Below are positions 38,501 through 51,300 of a DNA stretch of 64,000 nucleotides, one piece after another (the stretch's first letter is position 1; the number at the start of each line of letters is the position of its first letter). The notes under the pieces were generated by a model, which was not told where the DNA came from, searched no databases, and saw only the letters and a list, made by a program, of their open reading frames with translations. A program made the position numbers and the translations under genes. Origin of the DNA: Selaginella moellendorffii (taxonomy: Eukaryota > Plantae > Lycopodiophyta); NCBI RefSeq assembly GCF_000143415.4, contig NW_003314294.1:1701586-1765585 (forward strand), read 5' to 3'.

Positions 38501-40508
38501 GCCGAGCCGGTCGTATCCTCATTTTCAACGTGTGCCCAATCATCTGACTACGCGCCGTTGGAACCTCCCTACACCGCCCCTGCTGCCTGTTCGGTCATGT
38601 CCACTTTGCCAACGGAGGCACCAGCTGAAATGGCGTGTGATCACACGCCATCGGAACCACCCCATGCCACTGTTGAGCCAGTTGTACCAGAGTCTACAGC
38701 TGAAATGGCATGTGCCCACACGCCATCGGATGCGATTGACCCCACATTGCAGAGGAGAGTATTTCTGCCCTTCACGTTTCCTCGACCAAAACCCTCTGAA
38801 CGACCATCGGGAGCACCATTCGCTAATATTGTAGATGGTAAAATTGACTTGTACCATTTTTTATGCTAACGCATTTCATTTCAGAGTCACGGCGAAAGTA
38901 CTGTATCGTTTTTGATCTGAACGGTGTCCTTTTCTCCCATGAGCGTGGCTCGTCCTCGAATGTCACTGCACCCTCCAAAGCCTGCGGTCGCAAGTTGGTC
39001 AAAAGAGACAGATTCACATTAATCACACGGGAGAAACTACGGGATCTAATAATGACCATGCGACACTTAAAACAGAGGGCCGGGTTCAATTTGCAATTAG
39101 GAGTTTGGACATCCATGATGCGCCACAATGCATTAACGTTGCTACAGATGATGCACGATCAGACGCGAGTAATATTACCATTTGACTTTCTCCTAACGCA
39201 GGAGGATTGCTTGACTATGGTCCATGTGAGGGGTAGCAAGCCCATCTTCGTCAAGGCAGAGGCTGTAGTGATGAACCGGACTGCTAGGTCAAGTGAAATC
39301 CTCATCATCGATGACTCGCCGATTAAAACTGCAGCGAACACGCACACATATGCAGTGCACCCCTATCCACCTAGTCTAGAGGAAAATGACCGAAGGAAAG
39401 GTGTGAAGCCAAAAGCAAGTAGTAAAGGGATAAAACCAAACCATAGGAATCAAAGGGCATAACCAAGGGTGGTTATGCTAGTTGGGAGTGGAGAATTAAG
39501 TGGGGGGTTCGAGGGTGTTGTTGCTAGCAACCATGATGTCATGGAGAGTCTAAAATATGGAATTATCCATGTTAAACTATATAGCAACTAGAAAGCTTGT
39601 GGATAGGGAAGCCTTAACAAGCTAAGAGACAGAGTTCCTTCAAAGTTCCCAAAGACGATTCTAGGTAGCTTAGTACCTAAAAAGCCAAGCGTAAATGGTT
39701 CCTAGAGTGTGCGAAATCAGAGTGGCGCAGCAGAAGCGTGGTCTTGAAGCTGGCCATGAGGCGAGGCTATCAAGGTTGGGGAAGTGGTTCCCGAATGTTC
39801 AAAGAGAGGGCTTTGAACGAAAGTCGATGGTTAAGGACTTTCACGCTTAATGCTCTATTTCGTTAAAGTGGGATTTATTCAGTAAAATGGGACTAGGTAC
39901 AAATTTTCAAGTATTTGAAAATGACGTGAAATTATATGTTTTTTGTCCAGGGGCTAGACATATCTGGGGCATGGTGACTAGTGCGGTGACTTTGTGTCCA
40001 GACTGAGTCCATCTGGTTGTATAATAAATCTCATTGTCAAGGTGAACAAGCCGAATCTGAAGCTAAAAAGAGCGATGGCATGCACACACACACTATTTGT
40101 TTGTTCATTGAGCGTGTGGTGAGCTTTCCAAGATGAACGTCATTCCTATTAGCCAGACATATAACTTAATGGTGAGAACATTTAGATATTATTCAATGTT
40201 ATCTTTTTCTAATGAATCTAATTGTGAAGGTGTAGCAAGAGGCATTGCTAGTCTGGAAAAGTCATTTAATTCATTTGACCCTTAGTGTATTTTCATGAAA
40301 CTAAATAACATTCATATTATTAAGGAATTTCTCTAGTACCTTTTTTTTACGACATAGAGGCTTGCATTTCTTTCAAAGGTGATTTAGTAAAAGGCCTGAG
40401 GGCACATGCCATTCTATTTCTCAGACCGGTATTAAGATATACTAGTGCAAAGGGAAAAAGATATTTGGTGATCAAGTAAATGGCATGAGGGCACACGCCA
40501 TTATAAGC

Positions 40509-40766
40509 CTAAGCGCTAGTGGACACCTCCTTTTTGGTACTCTCGGCAGTACTATCATCCTTCTCCAGGTCAGTTGTTTTGCTTTGGATTGTTGTCTCTG
40601 ACATTACTGGGGCGTTCTCGATAGTTGTTAATGTTGCCGTTTGTTCAGAAAAATGATCACCTGGAGTATAATACGGGGAGTTTGGAAGACTTATATATTC
40701 TACATCTTCACCTATCTCCTTCTCCGTCTCCTTTTCTGCCTCACTTACAGATTTTGTGCTTGCCAT
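40509..40766 (-). CDS. Small acidic ORF, copy 2
   Basis: Near-identical to 21122-21379. Confidence 0.45.
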   Translation of the reverse strand: MASTKSVSEAEKETEKEIGEDVEYISLPNSPYYTPGDHFSEQTATLTTIENAPVMSETTIQSKTTDLEKDDSTAESTKKEVSTSA

Positions 40767-41479
40767 GAGAACGCTCTTCACCCTAAAATATGGAGTTCGT
40801 TGTGTTATAAAAGGAAACCAACACACACGCTACAAGGGAATGATGGTACATAAAGCACGTAAGCCCACAATATGGGTTTATGTGCCATTAATATGGGCCA
40901 CACGCCATATTATTAGATTTATGCACGTGTGATTGGTAAATGCATATGTCACATCATCTTTGTTTTACCTCACACACTATATCAAGCCTAATGAACCATA
41001 TCACATGTGCGCACATGCTATATATATGGAGAAGTATTATGCAAGGATAGAAAAATTCAATGCATGATTGTGGAGAGCAATGGCATGAAGCCACATGCTA
41101 AATAACATTTTAGAGAAAGAATTAAAATAAAAACATGCAAACAGTACTGAGTGGACCAAGACTTAGAAGTGCACAATTGAATAAGGTATTTCTAATAAAT
41201 ATTTCACTCACCTCATATAGGAATGGCTACCACTCTCAAATGGCGTATCGCCTCATGCCATCACCTCGCAATTTGTTATAACAATCCGATGAATTCATAT
41301 TCGGCTTGTTCACCTTGAACTTTAAGTAAGATTTGCTAGAACAACTAAGAATTTATACTTGTTATTTGTATCATCTCACCTAGGAATGGCATAAGGCCAC
41401 ATGCCATCACGCCTCCTCTGATTCAGATTCGGATTGTTCACCTTGAAATAAAATACATTAGAAACTTAGTAAAGGAATA

Positions 41480-43988
41480 TTAATGAATCTCACCTTGAAC
41501 CCGGGTTATGAATGCTCTTGCTGCATCTCTTGCATGGTCTGGCAAGGTGATGGTGGTACTCTGCTTCCGCATCCAACCATGCACAACATTATCCACCGAT
41601 ATGCTCATGCTGGGATCCCTTGGATTCAGCACCCATCTCTTTTCTAGGCAATCCTTTGTATATTCAGAACTTGGCTTGAACCACTCCACAGTTACATTGA
41701 AGGAGTTAGTTTCCGCGTCCTCCTCTGCATCAGTGATGCAACGCCCCACCCATATCATTTGTTTTTTATTACTGGGTCTGACAAGCACAACCATTCCTTT
41801 GCAGACCTGTACTAGATTGAATGCTGAATCCGGCTTCTTGTTCCTCGGCCCACAATAGTGATCCTCAACATTGTTATCTGTCACTGCATTTCCAAAGGAC
41901 ATTGTTCCGCTACTATCTGGTGCTTTGGGTTCTGGCCAAAAGGACTCTTCCAATTCTTCATATACAACCGGCCCATTTTGGATAGCAGATATAATCTTCT
42001 CCCAGTATTCGATCAAAGGCTTGCACCTCTGAAAATAGGATTCTCCACCAAACACCAACCCCCTCTTCCAGAAGGCAATATGCTGTCTAATCCTGGCCAC
42101 TATACTTTCCTGGTCTTTGAGTCCATCCGGGTGCATTGGCCATGGGGAACCCTGAGGAATCATAGGTTCCCCAGTTATGGGATCTCTCTTGAAGAGTTCA
42201 ATGCCGTCCACTGGCAGCCACACTGTGTCCCATTCTCTCATCTTGTACCTCATCACTGGAGCACCGTCACGCATGTTGAAATGAAACTGAAGAGGCTTGG
42301 AGTGGCCAATCAGCGTTTCGGATCCATCCCTGATGTAGCCTCTTACAAACCCCTTAAAGTCTGGAACCTCTATCACAAGTGCAGCTTTAACAGTGCCTTT
42401 GATGCAATTTTGGAATTCATCGTAGAGTTGTGGGAGGGTGAGGACATTGGATCGCCGGAGGGACTCTGCCAGGTGACTGAACATGGCATCGATGTCTTCA
42501 TGAGTGTGCCCAACCATGAGAAAGCCAAGTGTAACCGTTTCAAATATGCCTTTGGCAACAAGCATCGCCAAGTACGCGAAGACGTACATGTTTTTGTTCT
42601 CACTACCAGCATTGTCTGTTTGGAGCAGAAGATGGGGTGGAAGGCCACATCGGGCGCAAGAACTTCCTTGAGATTTTGCTTCGTTTGGATGAGGCTATGC
42701 ATTCACCGGGCGACTAGCCTCGTCGGAATGGCATGAGGCCTCACGTGATAACCCTACAATCTGACGGCCAACATATTCACTAGGATGGCATGGGGCCCCA
42801 CGCGATACTGCAAGCCTTTGCTCCTCCTCCAGCTGAACCCTGTATGGGGTTCGATCGACAAGGGCCTTATGCAAGGGTTGGCCGTTCAGCTCAATCTGCG
42901 CACTTTGCAGAGACCTTAAATGTTTTGCTAGGGACGCAATCATCATGTTTGCACCCCCGCCACCCCATAGAGGTACAAAGAAGTTCCCATAGTTCTGGGC
43001 ACTATGCCCATGAGCGATTATGCCAAACAGAGACACAGGCAGCTGCATGGATGAAGAGATTGCCTTGGGGGCAGGATTGAGTCGAGGTAAGCACATCTTT
43101 TTCTGGTCCTTTTTGTCGTGGATGATGTAGAGGTAAGAGTCAGGTCTCTCCATGGAGAGAATCCTGTTATGATAATATGCAGTCCTACAACTTCTCTGCT
43201 TGATGTTGTGGTCGAGCTGCCTTCTAACCAACATCTCTCGCTCTTGAGCGATGCAAGAATTCTTCGACAAAGCCATTTTGATAGCAGTGCACTCGTCACA
43301 CTTTGAAAAGCTGGAGTACTTTCCTATACTCACATCCCTGAACCTGTTGCTCCACAATCTACTAAATCTAGATTGGCTCAGCTTCCTGTAGCCATTACTT
43401 TGGAGTTCCCGATTCACATCTTCCAATATGGCCCCCTTGGTATACATGGAAGGGAGAACTCGTTGGGTGTCTCGAGTTCCATCTTCCAAGAGGCGGGTTT
43501 TATGTGGTTGCTGCTCACTACATGTCTCGACAAACCTCTTGAAGATTGCCTCTCCATATACAACATGGTTTTGTGAGTACCGTCGTTCCCATGGACTGCC
43601 TTTTCGGTTCGTTGCTCAGATCCCTTTGGCTGCACTTTAGGAAGGTGTACTTTCTTTTCCCATGAAGAGATGTTCTGTCATCAGTTGTAGTGGTGTTTGA
43701 TTGTGAATCCTTCACATTCTCAAACACTAAGTGCCTCAATTTCCACCGCACAATGCTTCCAATAGTCAGACTGTTTTCGTTTGTGTCAACAACCTTTAAA
43801 ATCGCAACTCCAATATCATCCCAGCCCAATTCTTGATTAGCAACCGCATCTTTTGGATCGACAACTGTGGCTAAGCCCTCAGCTACCACCTCCCCCTCGG
43901 GGTTGTTTAGAAACACCTTTGCCTGAATCCATGTAGCACGGTTCTTAAGATCCACGGAGGGAACATGCGTCGCACTTGCAGAGGGCAT
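41480..43988 (-). pseudogene. Transposase, copy 2 (CAG>TAG at 42695-42697; N-terminal deletions)
   Basis: ORFs 41480..42589, 42695..43489 and 43518..43988 match the copy 1 transposase. Confidence 0.85.
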
Positions 43989-46236
43989 TCTAAAAGTGCA
44001 GAAAAGAAGTTAAGACCATCCAAAAAATCATGGCAGAATGGCTTTGGCCATAGCATAGCAGGGGCCAAAGATAGCATGAGGCCTCATGCCATCTTGATAT
44101 ACACACAGTTGCAGGCAAGTAAAAACATACATGACAATACACTAGCCATGAAATTGCAAGGGCCCAAGATGGCATGTGGCCTCATGCCATTTCTAAATGT
44201 GGTCCTAAGCCATTCCATGGTGAATATACCAGGAAGCACAAGTGCCAAATATCAAGAGGAAGCGGTAGCCACACCAAAGACAGTGCCGCTCACAATACCG
44301 CAACTACTCGTAGCGCCGCTCGCAACACCGCAACTGCTCGTAGCGCTGCTCGCACAAACTGCCACTCGCATAAACTACCGCTCGCAATGGCGCTCGCAAT
44401 GCCGCAACCGCTCGTAGACACATAAACCACAGCTCACAACGCCGCTTACACAAGCAGCGCTCACTGCGCTTAGCGGAACCAAGAACACGGCGCACAAAAA
44501 TGATAGACCTAGGAATGAGTTCGAGAATTCAAAAATAACACACGCTTGAACGTCACATCAAATCCTCTGACAAACCAGATCTTATGACTCCTCTGACAAA
44601 TTTCAAACTGAGTAGCTTTTAGACTTTGTTGTCGGAGGTTGAACTTTGTCACATCATGTCCTTGCCTCGATCCAGCTGTGCCATGTCAGTGATTCGAACT
44701 TTGCCATGCCATGTCAGCGATCTGCGCCAAGATTATTTGCCGTGTAAAGGAATAATTATGCTGTGTGTGTACGTCCATTTATGGCAATATAAGGCCACAC
44801 GCCATTCAAAGAATAATGCTAGTCGAGCATTTTTTGGTGCATTTTTGGGTTCAAAATTGCATGAGCCCACACGCTATAAAGTTTACCTGTACCAAAAATA
44901 GAAACAGCTTTATTTACTTGGGAATTTAAGTGGTTGAGGCATTTTTAAACTTACAAACACATGCCCTACTTACATTCCTTTGGTTGCTTAAAATTCAAAA
45001 ATATTATAAACCTTTCTTTTTGCATTTTCAATGTTTTCAATTATGGTTTTTGATTTTCGCAGGACCAGCTTAGTAATCTATTTGCATCCCGTCATGTTTA
45101 TAGCTAGCTTTCGTTTGTCCCCTTCGCTAGCCTGAGATACATCTGCTCGGCATCTGCCTCTTACAGCATTTGCCTAGAAAGGGCATCTTTCTTCACGCAG
45201 CATTTGCCACATGTTTAGGGTTTAGGGTTTAGCAATTCAGTAGCTTGATAAACATGCAAATACAGAACTTGATGCAAAATCCTTTGATATCTCAGGACCA
45301 TAAACACATTTCAATAGAGAGGGTCCTTTCATTTCATAACTCCTTACGTAGATCTTGGTGAAACCAGAGTTAGTGAAGCTGGTTTTTTGTGATCCTGCAT
45401 CTGATTGTGATGTCCCTTTGCAGTGTCGATGGAAACGTCAATGCACACCAAACTGTAGAATCTTGGAGAAAAATAACGGTCGGATCTATGGCAAATGCCC
45501 CTGAAACATTGTAAGGCTCGTGTGGTCTCATGTGGTGTCCGATCGAGATGCTTCTTTGCAGGGTCATCAAGAAGGACATTGTATACCATTCTTTATTTAG
45601 CTGAACATCTGGCATTTTTGGAAATACAAGATGCTTTGGAATATCCAATCATGCATGGTATAAATATAGCGAGGGTATTAAATGATATCCCAATCATGAT
45701 CTTTCTTTTGGATTTCGCGTGCATGCAGTCCGAGGAATGATGACGTTGCGGATTTCTTTTGGATTTCACGTGCATGCATGCGCGCGGCAATCCAGAAATT
45801 AATGGTGGCGCCCAAGTCCGAGGAATGATGACGTGGCGGGATTACCAACCGTCGTGACATTTCGCGCGTGTGAGGTTAGGTTTTGCATTTTGCTTCGTAC
45901 TCGCGCTCGTATCGCGCTCCCACTCGCGATCACGCTCACATTCGCGCTCATCTACCTTCTCTACAGGTTTCTCATGTGCATCGGCGTCCACTCGCGCTCG
46001 CATCGCGCTCTTGTGCATCGGCGTCCACTTCAAGACACACCCAGTTTGTAACTTCGCCGCCAACTCCGCCACCCACTCCGCCACCCACACGCAGCCCACT
46101 TGGCATCCCGGGAGATTTTAGCGCCACTCTCCAACTGTAAGTGGCAGAGTAGCCTTGCTGCTATGATCCGCTGCACACACAGTGCACATTCGCCAGCGAG
46201 TCCGGCCTCGATTGTCATGCCTCCATTCGGCTTCAA

Positions 46237-48375
46237 ATGGTAAGTCTTTTAGGCCAAGTAGAAAATGGCATCAGGCCACATGCCATTCAGTAGCAACATT
46301 GGCATGCATCGATTGGGCTCTCGAGTGCAGTCCGGTTACAGATGGCGTGTAGCCTCACGCCATCTTAGGATGCAGCCTCAAGACATCTGATGCAGTGGTG
46401 AATGGCGTGTGGCCTCACGTTATTTCCAGCTGCTAGCTTTTCATCTGTCAGCTCTAATTGTTGTGCATTTTTGAACAGGCGAGGAATTGCGTTCTTCTTC
46501 CAGCCACTGTCCTCATCCAAGTGACAGACACTCCATGCAGTTCCATGCAAGAATATGGACTGGCACTTGTGGTAGAGATAGCGTCCGCCTTCAAGATCCA
46601 CCTTGCACATCCTAGCGGCTTCCCGGAGGGGGGCAGCGGCTATGAGGAATTCCTAGAGGGAGCTAGGGAGAGGTTGTCTAGGAGGCCCACAATTTCAAAG
46701 ATGCTGCGGGTCTATGAAGATCACATGGAATCCACGGACCTCACCTACGGCGATGTTCAAAAACTATATTCCAACATTGAGCCGTTGAGAGTTCCTCCAG
46801 TTTGCAAAGCAAAGGGGAAGGGGGTCGATCTAGAAATTACCCCAAAGCAGAAAAGGGTGGTCAAGCTCAAGCCGACATCTGACTCTCCTGCTCCAAAAAA
46901 GAAGCTACTCGGTGATGCCATTGCCTCGGGTTCGAACACTACACCCACCAAAAAGAAGAGCCGCAAAGAGCAGAAAGAGCAAGAAGAGGCAGCAAAAATC
47001 GTCGCAGATAATAGTACTTATTACTATTCCAACAAAGTATATACAATCGACGTGAGCCGTATCGAGATCCAAAGCAAATACAACCACAGGCTAGTATTTG
47101 ATGAGTGGGTGGAGAAACTGAAGTAGAAGATGCTGGCAAGTCCAATAGCACCCGACATCGCAGACGTGATCCCCTACTACCGAACAATGAAGGGCGAGAC
47201 GAGGTTTCCAGACTTGATCAATAGGAAGGTGTTGGACGATCAGAACATCCGGTTCTATGCCGTCTCCGGGCAGCATTCTAGCTTGGCGATGCAAGAGATA
47301 GTTGTGGATATTATGGTGGGCGAGGAGGTGAAGAAAGTCTTCAAGACAAGAGTTGTCCACCTGATAAAAGGCAACTCGCCCCTCCGATCTATCATATACA
47401 TCTCCCATGCGCAGAATGTCAAGCAAGAAACGTGCTACAAATCGGGTCTACACGAGACATTGGCACGAACACGGAAGCTTTGGGTTCAACTGAAGAAGCC
47501 ACAAAAACTAGGACAAGGACGTGCACTAGCAACTAGCGCCTGGCAGGTAAGCCTCATTGCATGTGGCATAGCATATGGCCTCACGCCATTTCCATTGCAG
47601 GAATTCTCGAGTCTTCTCTCGAAAACACTGGGGGTCAATGACACACTCAGCATCCATAACATTCTACTCGCGACAAAAGTTGTTTTTGACAAATGGGTAG
47701 ATGTGCTAAGGAGGTACCATGACGGGGAGTTGCTAAACTCAATGGGTGTGGAGGACGGCCAGAAGCCCAATGATTTGAAGCTCAACGCCTTGCGTTTCTC
47801 GCGGTCTCTAGACGACGACGACCTTCTGACAGTGGCTAATGCTCTTCTACGTGGTGAGGTAGTCTTCAACAAGACCAAAATAACTCCCGGCCATATTGTG
47901 ACATACAAGGACTTGTGCACGACTCTGAGAGCTCGTGCGCTATTGAAGGATTGGATCTTCGAGCAAGTGGCCATGGAGAGGGTGAGCATCGACACCACGC
48001 AAGAGATGATGGAAGAGCTGGAGTTGTCAAATGAAGACATCGACGAGTACGTGAAAGGGGCCCCCAAGTTCATCGATCTGCTGCGGGATGCCACGAAAAG
48101 TAAAGCTGAGAAGTTGGATCAGTATCCAAATTTCATTAAGAGGGATGTCGACCGCCGGCTTCAGAAACAGCTCGACCCCGCAGTAGAGGCTTATCGAGAA
48201 CCTTACCGAGTATACGTGAATTCGGATGAGGATCAAAGGTGGAGGAGCATCGTTTCCCGCGGAGATGAGCAGGTCTAGAACATCTTTTGTGTGATGGACT
48301 TCACAAACGAGGAGATCACTCATGCAGACGAAGTCAGCTCCATCATTGACTTAATGGTGGGACTTGCGGAGGTGG
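46237..48375 (+). pseudogene. Accessory gene, copy 2 (5' part only; stops at 47124 and 48276; 111-bp in-frame deletion)
   Basis: ORFs 46458..47126 and 47130..48278 match copy 1/3 protein. Confidence 0.85.
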
Positions 48376-51300
48376 CTTCTTGTTTCCCTTTGTTCACTGT
48401 TTCTTTCCTGAGAGAAGAGTAGAATGCAACGGCCTCTGATCCTGTTGTTGCTCTTTGTCTCAGATCATTGTCCTGGAGAAGCTAGCAAATTGGAAAGGAA
48501 AAATTTGTGGCTTACAATTTCGTATCGGAGCCTTTTCCTCAGTTCTAGCGAAGGATAGAGGCGGATTGCTGGGAGATGGCAAGGGCAGGGTTTAAGCGAA
48601 CCCAAGCAGAGACGGAACCTCCGCCAGAGCTGGAGCCTCCGGTCGAACAAGAGGCTATGGATGAGGAATCCTTGCATGAGGAGGACTCTAGTGAGGAAAC
48701 TTCCAAACAGGAGTCCGGTGGCGAGGTTCGGTCATCCAAGGCTCAGAGCTTTGGGCAAATTCCATGCAGCGCTGGAGGGGCGAGAATTCCATTGCATTAG
48801 ACGGTGCAAGAGTGCAAAGGAAGCGTGGGAGGCCATGAAGCAGTTGGACGTGCTAGAAGGACAGTTGGCACAGACCAACGCCCTGCTGGAGACTCTCGTA
48901 CGCAAGTTAAAGCGTGACGAGAAGCGGAAGAAAAAGCGAAAGACTGCAGATGCTGGCAGCGCAGAAGGTGCGGACCCTTCGGAAGGGACTGAGGCAAAAC
49001 CAGACAAGGTCGAACAGACCGAAGTGGAATCAGTCCCTCAGGCAGTTCCCAAGTACAAACCAAAGCCCCCACCGGTGTTCAAGGGAGTGAACGACTATAA
49101 GGTTGTGGAGGATTGGTTTTACGATATGGAGGACTACTTCCGAGCGTTGCGGTTACCGAGGTCGAAGAAGGTCCCATGTGCAAAACCATACTTGGCAGAT
49201 AATGCCAAGTCTTGGTGGAGAACAACGGAGGCCAACGAAGGACCGGTGGCCACCTGGGACATGATGAAGGCGAGGATCCGCGCAACATACGTTCCTCCGA
49301 ATGCCACTCTGCATCTGAGAGATGAGCTGAGTAGGCTGAAGCAAACTGGAACCAACCAGGAATATGTGAATGGGTTCATGGCAAAGAGGATACTTGTCAC
49401 GGACATGGGGGATATGGATGCGTTCCATGCCTTCATATCAGGTTTGCAAACCTGGGCTCACGGTGAGGTGATGTGCTGGAACCCGACCAACTACAAGGAA
49501 GTGTTGGATGCGGCCATCAAGGTGCATTTCAATGATAACCTGCGAAAGGGGAACACGACGGGGTCGGGATCCACGTTTAGCAAAGGGGCCAAACCAAGGG
49601 GAACGTATAGCAGGGGGAAATTCAAGAAGAGTTTCTCTAAGAATGAGTCCTCGGGGTTTCGGAAAGGCAAATCTGGTGGCCAGCGAGCGAGTATGTGGGG
49701 GAGTCAAGCGAAAAAAGACAAACCCACGGATAAGAAGGTCAAGTCGTATAGCAGCGTGGGAAACAACGTATGCTACAACTGCGGTGAAGCAGGACACTTT
49801 TCGAGGAAATGTCCCTACCCGAAGAAGGCCAGAGCCAATATGGCCATCAAGTCGGGTGAAGTCCAAACTGAGGTATGTGATCCAGTCCCTAACTCAAAGT
49901 TACTCATTACACGAGCAACTTTGGTAGAGAGTCGTTCGCGACATCTACTAGCCCTCCGAGGGAAGCTCGGAGGTAGCTTTGTTAAGATCCTTATTGACAC
50001 GGGTGCTTCGGACAATTTTGTGGCTGCAGACATAGTCCGGCAAGCCGGACTAACGGTGCAGCGGCTAGGCGAACCAAGGACTATAGAGTTTGTTCAAGGT
50101 AGCCAAAGCACCGGTGAGGTACTTCGACAAGTGAGAGTCGAAGTAGGGACATGGAAAGTAGACATGGATTTCACCGTGTTGGACATGGTGGGATTTGACG
50201 TGATCTTCGGAATGGATTCGTTCAATCGGTTCGTGGTAGCCCTGCATGGACAAGGTAGGAACCTTGTGGTACTGGCAAATGCCCAAGGAAGAAGATCTAG
50301 GGTGGAGGCCCAGGATCTAAAGGTAGGGCAAAGCAAGGCCAAAGAATCTTGCTTAAACCTGGTGTCCACAAGAGGACAACTCACTAAAGGAACTAAGGCA
50401 GCCTTTTTGTGCTTACTCTCGGTGAAGAGTGACAAAAAGATAGGAACGGAAGAAGTACCTTTAGTGATCCAGCGGGTGTTGGACCAATTCCAGGATACCA
50501 TGCCGGAGGAGCTACCGGCAGGGTTACCCCCCGCACGACCGATAGAACATAAGATTGGTATGTGAGTTTCTGGTGATGCCCTTTGGGTTGTGCAATGCGC
50601 CGGCAACGTTTTCGGCGTTGATGAACCACATCTTTGTACCCTATCTGGATCACTTCGTGGTCGTCTATATCGACGACATCCTGATCTATAGCGAGACGCT
50701 AGAGGAGCATGCCGAACACTTGGCGAAGGTGTTTGAGAAACTAAGGGAACACAAACTGTATGCTAAAGAGAGTAAATGTGACTTTGCTCAACAAGAGGTA
50801 AAGTTTCTCGGGCATGTGGTGGGCCAGGACGGGCTCAAGGTGGACCCGGAGAAGGTCCAAGCGATCCAGGAATGGGAGCAACCTTCGAATGTACATGAGT
50901 TGAGGGCGTTCTTGGGGCTATGCAACTACTATCGAAAGTTTATCAGACACTATTCGAGAGTAGCCCTGCCCTTAACGGACCAAACAGGAAAAGGGAAGAT
51001 GGTATGGACAGCGGAATGCAAGGCGGCATTCGTCCACCTCAAAGGGAAGTTGAGGAAGGCTCCGGTGTTGGCATTACCAGATTTTGGTAAGGACTTTGAG
51101 GTAGACACGGATGCTTCGGACTTTGCGTTGGGCGCAGTTTTGAAGCAAGACAACCATCTAGTAGCGTTCTTCTCGAAGAAGTTGGACAAGGTTCAACGGA
51201 CTGCCAATTGTTTGCAGTGGTCAAGGCGCTCAAGGAGTGGCGACACTACCTTGGGAGACACTCAAGGTTTACACGGACAATGTGGCAACGAAACATTTCT

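Larger units (their letters stand above)
20688..38726. repeat. Dispersed 22-bp palindrome ATGGCRTG-N6-CAYGCCAT (~25 full or partial copies in copy 1)
   Basis: e.g. 21093, 22916, 22973, 24819, 24889, 24987, 26574, 26812, 27726, 27803, 27863, 35599, 37071, 37212, 37403, 38630, 38705; more at 41080, 41240, 41386, 56532; none noticed in the inserted LTR element or flanking retroelements. Confidence 0.93.
20464..39363 (+). mobile_element. Large TIR DNA transposon (Sola1-like), copy 1; right ~0.8 kb missing; interrupted by LTR element
   Basis: Starts at TIR shared with 39852 and 56159; collinear with copies 2 and 3; homology to copy 3 stops after ..GCAGTGCACCCC at 39363. Confidence 0.9.
27698..39363 (+). 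pseudogene. Transposon accessory gene, copy 1: ParB/Srx-like + degenerate DNA-MTase-like + acidic linker + FCP1/NIF HAD phosphatase-like; disrupted by LTR insertion and 3'-truncated
   Basis: Exons 27698-27700, 27940-29097+35557-35577, 35632-36940, 36991-37065, 37122-37193, 37243-37386, 37434-37985, 38043-38057, 38107-38214, 38265(or 38262)-38837, 38885-; all GT-AG junctions keep one open frame (checked by hand). Confidence 0.8.
39852..48375 (+). mobile_element. Sola1-like DNA transposon, copy 2; several internal deletions, right part lost
   Basis: Begins with the 22-bp TIR; collinear with copy 1 until ..GCGGAGGTGG at 48375. Confidence 0.9.

Noticed and set aside
20688-38726. Recurrent palindrome as a CRISPR array or REP-like bacterial repeat
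   Set aside because: Irregular spacing, located in spliceosomal introns and exons, no cas genes, eukaryotic context
39364-39851. Right end of transposon copy 1
   Set aside because: No similarity to the true right end (56159-56971) and no TIR; unrelated sequence between copies
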